Shown here piece by piece: positions 37,948 to 46,164 of a stretch of DNA of 53,809 bases; position 1 is the stretch's first letter; every line of letters begins with the position of its first letter. The position numbers and the translations under genes are program-made. Under the pieces are notes generated by a model. It had not been told where the DNA came from. It saw only the letters and a list, made by a program, of their open reading frames with translations, and searched no databases. The DNA comes from an uncultured Myxococcales bacterium (lineage in GTDB: Bacteria; Myxococcota_A; UBA9042; CAIXZC01), in the NCBI GenBank assembly GCA_903923815.1, contig CAIXZC010000445.1, forward strand, positions 1 to 53,809. Direction: 5' to 3'.

Positions 37948-39271
37948 TTGTACGCTCCGTTCCGGCCCCCAGAGGTGCCCGAAGGGTCAACGTGGTCCCC
38001 TTGCCCGGGTCCGACCGGACCGTCAGGGAGCCACCCAGCAGGGCCGCTCGCCGCTGCATCCCGCGCAGCCCCAGGCCTGTGGCCGCGCGCTGCGGGTCAA
38101 AGCCCGCGCCGTCGTCGGATACTTCCATGACCAGGTCCGGTCCGTCCATGCGCAGATCCACCCATACCTGCCCCGCCTGCCCATGCCGGACGGCGTTGTT
38201 CAGGGCCTCCTGACAGCTTTGCAGGAAGGCGCTCTGGAGGTGGTTGGGCAGGGTCGCCTCGGGGGGCAGTTCCCAGCGTAGCTGAAGCTGTCGCCCCGGT
38301 CCCCGAAGGCTTCCCAGGGCCAGCTCCAGCGCCCCCCGCAGCCCCCCCAGTTCCCCAATGGGCGTACCCAGGCTCTCAATGGACGCCCGCAGCATCCGGG
38401 AGGTCTCCTCCACCAGGCCCCGCAGCCGCAGCAGGGGTGCCCCTTCCACGCCTGGCTGCGCCAGCATCTCCTCCACCCAGAGCCGCACCGCCACCAGCAT
38501 CTGCCCCACGCTGTCGTGCAACTCCTGGGAGATGCGCAGGCGCTCGTCCTCCGCCCCCCGGAAGGTGTCCTTGGCCAGCTCGGACAGCAGGGTCCCCTGC
38601 CGGTGCAGGGCCAGATTGGCCGCCTCCAGGGCCGCCGTCCGCTGCTCCACCATGGCCTCCAGGCCGCTGTTCAGCCGGGCCAGGTCGGAGCGCGCCGCCT
38701 CCAGTTCCATGAGGTTGCCCAGCAGCTCCTCCTCCGCCCGTCTGATCCGGGCCTGGGGCAGGCGGTACAGGGTCCCCGCCGCCGTCACGCCCAGCAGCGA
38801 GAACAGCAATAGCATCAGCAGCGCCTTGTGCAGCGCCCCCGTGGTGGACATGGTCACCAGCACGGTGCCCGCGTCCCCGGGCAGGGTCAGGCTGACCTGC
38901 ACCCCCCGGGCGTTCTGGTCCCCCGTGGAGGCCACCTCCCGCCACAGCGGGTCACGGATCTCCAGGCGGTCGTGGTCCAGCAGGCCCGCGCGCCCCTTGA
39001 GCAGGGCCCCGATCTTGGAGCGGTTGTAGCGCCACAACTGGGGGTGGGTGTCCATGAGGGGCTCCAGGTCCTTGGCAACCAGGCCCGCAAGCTGGCGGCC
39101 CCGCTCCACCACGGCCCGTCGCTCCAACTGGAACCAGGTCACAGGCGTGGCCACCGCTATGAGCACCGCCGCCAGCAGGGACAGGGGCAGGGTGACCCGG
39201 TTGTGGACCCGGGAGAAGGTCCGCTGCTCGGCGCTATGCAGCGTACGTTGGCCTAGACTTGCGCCCTTCAT
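37919..39271 (-). CDS. sensor histidine kinase (HisKA_3/NarX-DesK type)
   Basis: Two TM segments flank a periplasmic region of about 130 aa. Coiled-coil linker, H-box ISQELHDSVGQ, N-box EALNNAVRHG, and G-boxes DDGAGF and GLGLRGM. ATGA overlap with the upstream binding-protein gene. Confidence 0.88.
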   Translation of the reverse strand: MKGASLGQRTLHSAEQRTFSRVHNRVTLPLSLLAAVLIAVATPVTWFQLERRAVVERGRQLAGLVAKDLEPLMDTHPQLWRYNRSKIGALLKGRAGLLDHDRLEIRDPLWREVASTGDQNARGVQVSLTLPGDAGTVLVTMSTTGALHKALLMLLLFSLLGVTAAGTLYRLPQARIRRAEEELLGNLMELEAARSDLARLNSGLEAMVEQRTAALEAANLALHRQGTLLSELAKDTFRGAEDERLRISQELHDSVGQMLVAVRLWVEEMLAQPGVEGAPLLRLRGLVEETSRMLRASIESLGTPIGELGGLRGALELALGSLRGPGRQLQLRWELPPEATLPNHLQSAFLQSCQEALNNAVRHGQAGQVWVDLRMDGPDLVMEVSDDGAGFDPQRAATGLGLRGMQRRAALLGGSLTVRSDPGKGTTLTLRAPLGAGTERTSEDLTAGGR

Positions 39272-40092
39272 GGGACCTCGTAGCCGCTGGCGCGGACAAG
39301 CTGGGCCCCCTGGGGGCCGCCAAGGAACTCTAGGAAGCTGGCCAGCTCCGAGGAGGGCGCCTGGGGCACCACCAGATACAGGGTCCGCCCCAGATCCCCG
39401 CCGCTGTCCGTGACGGTGATGGTCTTCAATCGGTACTTCTTCAGGTGCACCAGCCCCTCATCCAGCACTCCGAGGGCCCCGGGGCGGCTCTCCAGCAGGC
39501 GCTCCATCTCTTGATCTGTATAGGCGGTGGGCAGCCGTCTGCCGGGGCTCTGCAGGCCCCCGGCGGCCACCGGGTTGGCGGTGGTGAAGATGGCCGTGCC
39601 CGAGTCCCCCTCCTCTCGAAGGATGGGGGCCAGTTCGGGGTACAGCGCGCCCTGGAAGATGGCGGCGACCTGGGTCTGGGTCAGGGAATCGAAGGGGACG
39701 GAGGGGTTGGCGGCCAGCCCCACGCGGGTGCGGGCCAGGGGTAGGACCCGCCAGACCTGGCTTTCCTGGGGGCTTGGGGGGCGCGAGATGAGGGCCCCGT
39801 GGACCATCCCGTCCTTGAGGGCCAGCAGGCCCCCGGAGGAGCCGATGCTGCCGGCCACGGTGACGGCCCTGCCCGTGGCGCTGCGGTACTCGGAGGCCAG
39901 GATGGACAGCAGGGGAATGGCGGCGCCACTGCCCGCCAGGACCACGCCGGGGAGGGTGGGGGCGGGGGGCGCGGGGGCGGGGGGGGTCCCTCGGGGCTCC
40001 CCCCGGGCACCAGCCACCAGGGCGGCAGCCGTCCCCAGGACCACCACCACGAAGGCGGCCAGCGCCAAGACCTCTGCCCGGTTCAGCCTCAC
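39268..40092 (-). CDS. PstS-like (PBP_like_2) periplasmic binding protein
   Basis: GTG start and N-terminal anchor/signal AEVLALAAFVVVVLGTAAAL. VVLAGSGAAIPLL...GSIGSSGGLLALKDGMVHGALISRP resembles phosphate-binding-protein-fold domains. Confidence 0.6.
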   Translation of the reverse strand: MRLNRAEVLALAAFVVVVLGTAAALVAGARGEPRGTPPAPAPPAPTLPGVVLAGSGAAIPLLSILASEYRSATGRAVTVAGSIGSSGGLLALKDGMVHGALISRPPSPQESQVWRVLPLARTRVGLAANPSVPFDSLTQTQVAAIFQGALYPELAPILREEGDSGTAIFTTANPVAAGGLQSPGRRLPTAYTDQEMERLLESRPGALGVLDEGLVHLKKYRLKTITVTDSGGDLGRTLYLVVPQAPSSELASFLEFLGGPQGAQLVRASGYEVP

Positions 40093-40240
40093 CCCTCACC
40101 CCCTGGTTCAACAGACCTTGAGTACATCCACCCAGGGGTCCGCGCAAGGGGCAAGAAATCGCTACGGTGTTTTTCCCTAGCAGCCTATACTGGCAGCGTG
40201 TTTGGAAGCCGGTGCCTGCCGGGCCGGCGGGAGGTCCGAA

Positions 40241-42340
40241 ATGAAGTCCCCGATCAGAATCTTCCTCCTTTGTTGTTCAATGGTTGGCCTGCTGGTGGCG
40301 TGCAGCAGCAAGACGCCCAAGCCCAAACCCGTGGGCGAGGACACCTGCATCTTCTGCGAGGACGCCCAGGTGGGCCCCGATGCCGAGGTGACGGGCGGGG
40401 AGACCCAGGGTCCGGACGGGCATCAGCCCGGGGAGGACGTGGACGCTGGGAAGGACGGCACCCCGGATGGTGATGTCCACCAGCCCGACGGCGGTGGCCC
40501 GGATGCCGGCGATGTGGATGAGGCCGACGTGCCCCAGAACCCCACCTGCGTGGACAAGGACGACGACGGCTACGGCAAGAACTGCAACCTGGGCGTGGAC
40601 TGCGACGACGCCAACCCCAACTTCACCGTGTTCTGCCCCCCCTGCCAGTTCCAGAACGCCGAGGGCTGCAAGTGCAGCCAGAACGGCTTGGTGGAGTTCT
40701 GCTACGACGGTGACCCGGCGGACGTGGGCATCGGCGAGTGCCGCATGGGCGAGCGCCGCTGCGACGGCAAGTACTGGAGCAACTGCGCCGGACAGGTGTT
40801 GGCCAAGGCCGAGGTCTGCGACAGCGTGGACAACGACTGCGACGGCATGTCCGACGAGGGCGTGCTGTCCCCCTGCGGCGACTGCGACGCGCTGTGCGAC
40901 ACCCTGAAGGCCGGCCCCAAGACCGAGAACCCCTTTGACCCCCGGGACGACAACTCCGCGGGCGTGGGCCTGAACGTGGATGGCTATCTGGTGCTGGACT
41001 CCACCAAGGTGAACCTGTCGTTCATCTGGATCGCCAACTCGGGCGAGGGCACGGTGTCCAAGCTGGACACCCGCACGGGCCGCGAGCTGGGCCGCTATTT
41101 CACGTGCTCGGACCCTTCCCGCACCGCCGTGGACCTGATCGGCGACGTGTGGGTGGCCTGCCGGGCCGACGGTGGCATGGCCAAGATCGCCATTGACGAG
41201 GCGGTGTGCATCGACCGCAACGGCAACGGCACCATCGAGACCTCCAGGGACGCCAATGCCGACGGCCGGATCCAGCCCAATGAGATGCTGCCCAAGGGCC
41301 AGGACGAGTGCGTGCTGTTCGTGGTCAAGCCCGGCGGCAGTTGCATGCGCGCCGCTGGCGTGGACAAGGACAACCATTGCTGGGCGGGCCAGTGGAACGA
41401 GGGCGTCCTGGTGCGCCTGCACCCCGATGACGGGCACACCGTGACGACGGTCCCCGGCCTGGGCGTGAACCCCTACGGCCTGGTCATCGACGGCGCAGGC
41501 ATCATCTGGGTGTCGGGGCGCGGCGGCGGCATGCTGGTGCGCGTGGACCCCCACGCCAACCCGCCCACGGTCACCAAGATCAATCCCCCCGTCAACGATC
41601 TGTACGGCATCACCGTGGACATGAAGGGCCGCGTCTGGCTGGGCAACTTCTCGGCGGGCAGCGTGTCCCGTTACGACCCCGCCAACGGCCAGTGGGCCAG
41701 CCAGGGTATCTCCGGCGGCTACCCCCGGGGCATGGCGGGCTCCACGGACGGCTTCATGTACAGCGGCCTGTCCAACAGCCAGATGGCCAGGATCAACATC
41801 GACACCATGGCCTACGAGCTGATCAACACCGGCGGCAGCACGGGCATCGGCGTGGCCCTGGACTCGGACGGCTACGTGTGGGTGGTCAACCAGAGCAGCT
41901 CCAACGCCTCCAAGATCGACCCCAAGACCAAGCAGGTCTTCGGCCCCTATCCCGTGGGCTCGGGCCCCTACACCTATAGCGACATGACGGGCTACGCCCT
42001 GCACAACTTCACCGCCCCCCGGGGTCACTACACGACCGTGCTTGGCGGCTTCAGTGAGATCCGCGTCAAGTGGACCGCCCTGGAGGTTGAGGCCGAGCTG
42101 CCCGAGGGCGCAAGTCTGGAGGTCGAGGTCCGCACGGCGGCCACCATCCCTGATCTGGCCAACGCCAAGTGGAAGGGGCCCTTCGGGCCGTTCCCGCCCC
42201 AGTTGTTCCCACTGGACCTGACGGGCATCGACGGCATGGACAAGAAGTACCTGGAGGTCCGCGTCTGGCTGTACAGCAGCGACAAGACTTCCACCCCGGT
42301 GGTCAAATCCATTGACGCCAAGTTCTCCTCCGGCAAATAG
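40241..42340 (+). CDS. lipoprotein with MopE-like Cys-rich metal-binding-type repeats and a beta-propeller-like region (paralog A)
   Basis: Lipobox MKSPIRIFLLCCSMVGLLVAC. Acidic linker. CVDKDDDGYGKNCNLGVDCDDANPN and CDSVDNDCDGMSDEG motifs. Repeated ..G.IWV....G.L.R.DP.. blade-like segments. GGGAGG RBS before the ATG at 40241. Confidence 0.7.
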   Translation: MKSPIRIFLLCCSMVGLLVACSSKTPKPKPVGEDTCIFCEDAQVGPDAEVTGGETQGPDGHQPGEDVDAGKDGTPDGDVHQPDGGGPDAGDVDEADVPQNPTCVDKDDDGYGKNCNLGVDCDDANPNFTVFCPPCQFQNAEGCKCSQNGLVEFCYDGDPADVGIGECRMGERRCDGKYWSNCAGQVLAKAEVCDSVDNDCDGMSDEGVLSPCGDCDALCDTLKAGPKTENPFDPRDDNSAGVGLNVDGYLVLDSTKVNLSFIWIANSGEGTVSKLDTRTGRELGRYFTCSDPSRTAVDLIGDVWVACRADGGMAKIAIDEAVCIDRNGNGTIETSRDANADGRIQPNEMLPKGQDECVLFVVKPGGSCMRAAGVDKDNHCWAGQWNEGVLVRLHPDDGHTVTTVPGLGVNPYGLVIDGAGIIWVSGRGGGMLVRVDPHANPPTVTKINPPVNDLYGITVDMKGRVWLGNFSAGSVSRYDPANGQWASQGISGGYPRGMAGSTDGFMYSGLSNSQMARINIDTMAYELINTGGSTGIGVALDSDGYVWVVNQSSSNASKIDPKTKQVFGPYPVGSGPYTYSDMTGYALHNFTAPRGHYTTVLGGFSEIRVKWTALEVEAELPEGASLEVEVRTAATIPDLANAKWKGPFGPFPPQLFPLDLTGIDGMDKKYLEVRVWLYSSDKTSTPVVKSIDAKFSSGK

Positions 42341-42370
42341 GCTTCAGAAAAAATCGTGTGCGTTCTTCTT

Positions 42371-42400
42371 CGCGCGGGATACAATACGCGCGTGTTTTGG
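42371..42400 (+). terminator. candidate rho-independent terminator
   Basis: CGCGCG (42371-42376) pairs with CGCGCG (42387-42392) around a 10-nt loop, followed by TGTTTTGG. A second hairpin, GGTGCG/CGCACC, lies at 42399-42422. Confidence 0.4.
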
Positions 42401-42434
42401 TGCGTGTGAATCTGTTCGCACCGGGGAGGTCGCC

Positions 42435-44486
42435 ATGGCAAACACCAGACTTATCGGAATCATTGCTGTTTTGACTGCTGCACTGGCTTTTTCCTGCTCC
42501 AGCAAGAAGCCCACCAAGGTGGAGCCCCAGAAGGACACCGGCGGGCCGGTGTGGGGTGACGCCACGGAGGACCAGTCCGGGGATGACACCGGCATCGATC
42601 GCGAGATCGTCGAGGGCGAAGACACCGAGCCCGGCGTCGACTCCATTCCCGGCGTGGATGTGGTGCAGCCCGATGGTGGCACCGGCCCGGGCAAGGACGT
42701 GACCGAGGGTGTGGACACCATTGAGAACCCCACCTGCGTCGACAAGGACGAGGATGGCTACGGCAAGAACTGCAACCTGGGCGTGGACTGCGACGACGCC
42801 AACCCCAACTTCACCGTGTTCTGCCCCCCCTGCCAGTTCCAGAACGCTGAGGGCTGCAAGTGCAGCCAGAACGGCTTGGTGGAGTTCTGCTACGACGGTG
42901 ACCCCTCCGACGTTGGTATCGGCGAGTGCCGCATGGGCGAGCGCCGCTGCGACGGCAAGTACTGGAGCAGCTGCGCCGGTCAGGTCCTGGCCAAGGCCGA
43001 GGCCTGCGACAGCGTGGACAACGACTGCGACGGCATGTCCGACGAGGGCGTGCTGTCCCCCTGCGGCAACTGCGACCCCCTGTGCGACACCCTGAAGGCA
43101 GGCCCTGACTCCGAGAACCCCTTTGACCCCCGGGACGACAACTCCTCCGGCGTGGGCCTGAACGTGGACGGGTATCTGGTGCTGGACTCCACCAAGGTGA
43201 ACCTTTCGTTCATCTGGATCGCCAACTCGGGCGAAGGCACCGTCTCCAAGCTGGACACCAAGACCGGCCGCGAGATGGGCCGCTACTTCACGTGCTCCGA
43301 TCCCTCCCGCACCGCCGTGGACCTCATCGGTGACGTGTGGGTGGGCTGCCGTGGCGATGGCCGCGTGGCCAAGATCGCCATTGACGAGGCCGTGTGCATC
43401 GACCGCAACAACAACGGCACCATCGAGACCTCCCGGGATGCCAACGGTGACGGCCGCATCCAGCCCGGCGAGATGATGCCCAAGGGCCAGGACGAGTGCG
43501 TGCTCTTCGTGGTTCAGCCCGGCGGCAGCATCGCCCGCGCGGCCGGTGTGGACAAGGACAACCATTGCTGGATCGGCAGTTGGGGCTCGGCCGAGATCTA
43601 CCGCCTGCACCCCGACGACGGCCACGTGGTCCAGACCATCAAGCTGCCCACCAGCCCCTACGGCCTGGTCATCGACGGCAACGGCATCATCTGGTGCGCC
43701 ACCCTGGGCTCCACCCTGCTGCGCGCCGACCCCAAGACCGGCCAGGTTCAGTCCATCTCCGGCCCCAGCAACTACGGCATCACCGTGGACATGAAGGGCC
43801 GCCCCTGGATTGGCAGCAGCACCGCCCGCTATGACCCCGCCAATGGCCAGTGGACCAGCGCCGGCGTGTACTCCCGCGGGGTGGCCGGCTCGACCGACGG
43901 CTTCATGTACGCCGCCACGGGCAGCACGGTCTACAAGATCAACATCGACACCATGCAGGTGGAAACCCTGAATACCAATGGCAGCGGCGCCGTGGGCGTG
44001 GCCCTGGACTCTGAGGGCTACGTGTGGGCCATCAACCAGGGCAGCTCCAACGCCTCCAAGATCGACCCCAAGACCAAGCAGGTCTTCGGCCCCTATCCTG
44101 TGGGCTCGGGCCCCTACACCTACAGCGACATGACGGGCTACGCCCTGCACAACTTCACCGCCCCCCGGGGCAACTACAGCACCATCATCGGCGGCTTCAA
44201 CGAGATCCGCGTCAAGTGGACCGCCCTGGACATCGACGCCGAGCTGCCCGAGAACGCCCACCTGGAGGTGGAAGTCCGCACCGCCGCCACCATCCCCGAT
44301 CTGGCCAGCGCCAAGTGGAAGGGCCCCTTCGGCCCCTTCCCGCCCCAGAACTTCCCGCTTGACCTGACCACCATCGACGGGATGGACAAGAAGTACCTTG
44401 AGGTCCGCGTGTGGCTGTACAGCGGCGACAAGACCTCCACCCCCGTGGTCAAGTCCATCGACGCCAAGTTCTCGTCTGGCAAGTAA
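42435..44486 (+). CDS. lipoprotein with MopE-like Cys-rich repeats and a beta-propeller-like region (paralog B)
   Basis: Lipobox MANTRLIGIIAVLTAALAFSC. Same architecture as 40241..42340, with near-identical Cys-rich and C-terminal segments. GGGGAGG RBS before the ATG at 42435. Confidence 0.7.
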   Translation: MANTRLIGIIAVLTAALAFSCSSKKPTKVEPQKDTGGPVWGDATEDQSGDDTGIDREIVEGEDTEPGVDSIPGVDVVQPDGGTGPGKDVTEGVDTIENPTCVDKDEDGYGKNCNLGVDCDDANPNFTVFCPPCQFQNAEGCKCSQNGLVEFCYDGDPSDVGIGECRMGERRCDGKYWSSCAGQVLAKAEACDSVDNDCDGMSDEGVLSPCGNCDPLCDTLKAGPDSENPFDPRDDNSSGVGLNVDGYLVLDSTKVNLSFIWIANSGEGTVSKLDTKTGREMGRYFTCSDPSRTAVDLIGDVWVGCRGDGRVAKIAIDEAVCIDRNNNGTIETSRDANGDGRIQPGEMMPKGQDECVLFVVQPGGSIARAAGVDKDNHCWIGSWGSAEIYRLHPDDGHVVQTIKLPTSPYGLVIDGNGIIWCATLGSTLLRADPKTGQVQSISGPSNYGITVDMKGRPWIGSSTARYDPANGQWTSAGVYSRGVAGSTDGFMYAATGSTVYKINIDTMQVETLNTNGSGAVGVALDSEGYVWAINQGSSNASKIDPKTKQVFGPYPVGSGPYTYSDMTGYALHNFTAPRGNYSTIIGGFNEIRVKWTALDIDAELPENAHLEVEVRTAATIPDLASAKWKGPFGPFPPQNFPLDLTTIDGMDKKYLEVRVWLYSGDKTSTPVVKSIDAKFSSGK

Positions 44487-44516
44487 GTCCCATCCTAAAA
44501 AACCGGAGGTTCCCCC

Positions 44517-45482
44517 ATGCCCGTTTCCTTCAAAGAGCTTGGCCTGGTCAACACCAAGGACATGTTCGCGGACGCGATGGCCAAGCGCTACGCGGTGCCT
44601 GCCTACAACTTCAACAACATGGAGCAGCTCCAGGCCATCATCCAGGCCTGCGTGGAGACCGGGTCGCCGGTCATCCTCCAGATCTCCGCTGGGGCCCGTA
44701 AGTACGCCAACGCCACCCTGCTGCGCTACATGGCCCAGGGCGCCGTGGCCTACGCCAAGGAGCTGGGCAAGGCCATCCCCATCGCGCTGCACCTGGACCA
44801 CGGCGACAGCTACGAGCAGTGCGTCAGCTGCATCGAGTACGGCTTCTCCTCCGTCATGATTGACGGCTCCCACCTTCCCTACGAGCAGAACATCGAGGTC
44901 ACCCGCAAGGTGGTCGAGTACGCCCACGCCCGGGGCGTCACCGTGGAGGGCGAGCTGGGCGTCCTGGCTGGCGTCGAAGACGACGTGCAGGCCGAGCACC
45001 ACACCTACACGCGCCCCGAGGAGGTCATCGACTTCGTGACGCGCACCGGCGTGGACAGCCTGGCCATCGCCATCGGCACCTCCCACGGCGCCTACAAGTT
45101 CAAGCCCGGCTCGAACCCCGAGATCCGCATGGACATCCTGCACGAGGTCGAGAAGCAGCTTCCCGGCTTCCCCATCGTGCTGCACGGCGCCTCCAGCGTG
45201 CCCAAGGACATCGTGGACCTGATCAACAAGTTCGGCGGCAAGATGAAGGACGCCATCGGCATCCCCGAGGCCCAGCTTCGCCTGGCCGCGGGCAGCGCCG
45301 TGTGCAAGATCAACATCGACTCTGACGGGCGCCTGGCCATGACCGCCGCCATCCGCAAGGTAATGGCGGAGAAGCCCGAAGAGTTTGACCCCCGCAAGTA
45401 CCTGGGCCCCGCCCGGGACGCCCTCAAGGAGCTGTACAAGCACAAGAACCTGGACGTGCTGGGCAGCGCCGGCCGCTACTGA
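44517..45482 (+). CDS. fba: class II fructose-bisphosphate aldolase
   Basis: AVPAYNFNNMEQLQAIIQA, LHLDHGDS and IGTSHGAYKF motifs. About 321 aa. GGAGG RBS. Confidence 0.92.
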   Translation: MPVSFKELGLVNTKDMFADAMAKRYAVPAYNFNNMEQLQAIIQACVETGSPVILQISAGARKYANATLLRYMAQGAVAYAKELGKAIPIALHLDHGDSYEQCVSCIEYGFSSVMIDGSHLPYEQNIEVTRKVVEYAHARGVTVEGELGVLAGVEDDVQAEHHTYTRPEEVIDFVTRTGVDSLAIAIGTSHGAYKFKPGSNPEIRMDILHEVEKQLPGFPIVLHGASSVPKDIVDLINKFGGKMKDAIGIPEAQLRLAAGSAVCKINIDSDGRLAMTAAIRKVMAEKPEEFDPRKYLGPARDALKELYKHKNLDVLGSAGRY

Positions 45483-45521
45483 TAGTTCGGGCCCCGCCCC
45501 CCCGTCTTTCTGGAGGTCCTC

Positions 45522-46013
45522 ATGTACGGCATCTTCCTGGTTGTAGCGCTGGTTCTGGGCTTCGTGGCCTTCCTGGTGCTGCGCCGCAGCAGCTCGGGTG
45601 GTGGTCTGGCCCCCAAGCTTCTGGCCCTGGCCGGCAAAACCCCCGATGCGGCGGCCCTGGCGGCCCTACTGGATCCGGCCACGCCCAAGCAGGTGCGGTC
45701 AGCCCTTGATTCCGTGGTGGCCCAACTGTGGGAGGAGTACCGGCGAGAGGAGGCCGTGCCTCTGATAGTCGAGCTGCACCGCCGGGCGCCGGGTAGCAAG
45801 GAGACCCGCTATCAGGTGCAGCGGCTGGCGGAGGTCGAGCCCCAGTTGGCCGTCCAGGCCTTCGGGGTGGAGACCCTCAAGCAGATCCTGGGCATCAAGG
45901 ACGAGGCCCCCCATCCCTCCCGCAATCCCCTGGAAGAAGACGAGCCCGTGGACGACGGCAGCCGCGAGCTGGAAGAGAACGAAGAAGTCGACCTCCCCGA
46001 AGAGCTGCGCTAG
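45522..46013 (+). CDS. hypothetical single-pass membrane protein with acidic C-terminus
   Basis: N-terminal TM MYGIFLVVALVLGFVAFLVL. Coding-like GC3 bias. No family recognised. Confidence 0.5.
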   Translation: MYGIFLVVALVLGFVAFLVLRRSSSGGGLAPKLLALAGKTPDAAALAALLDPATPKQVRSALDSVVAQLWEEYRREEAVPLIVELHRRAPGSKETRYQVQRLAEVEPQLAVQAFGVETLKQILGIKDEAPHPSRNPLEEDEPVDDGSRELEENEEVDLPEELR

Positions 46014-46164
46014 GCCCCCTGGGGTCAGGACCTTACACATTACACTGCGTTACTTTTTTGCCCGGCACCGGCGGTTGAGGGCCAGGCTAGGCCCCCTGGG
46101 GTCAGGACCTTACACATTACACTGCGTTACTTTTTTGCCCGGGACCGGCGGTTGAGGGCCAGGG
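46011..46164. repeat. 77-bp direct tandem duplication (2 copies, one mismatch)
   Basis: 46011-46086 and 46088-46163 are identical except cccggCacc versus cccggGacc. Copy 2 contains the stop codon and last 12 codons of the minus-strand gene 46127..47788. Copy 1 starts at the TAG stop of 45522..46013. Confidence 0.9.

Noticed and set aside
40190-40207. Sigma-54-like element CTGGCAGCGTGTTTGGAA upstream of lipoprotein paralog A.
   Set aside because: The GG at -24 and the spacing fit, but the invariant -12 GC dinucleotide is GG. It is too weak to call without experimental support.
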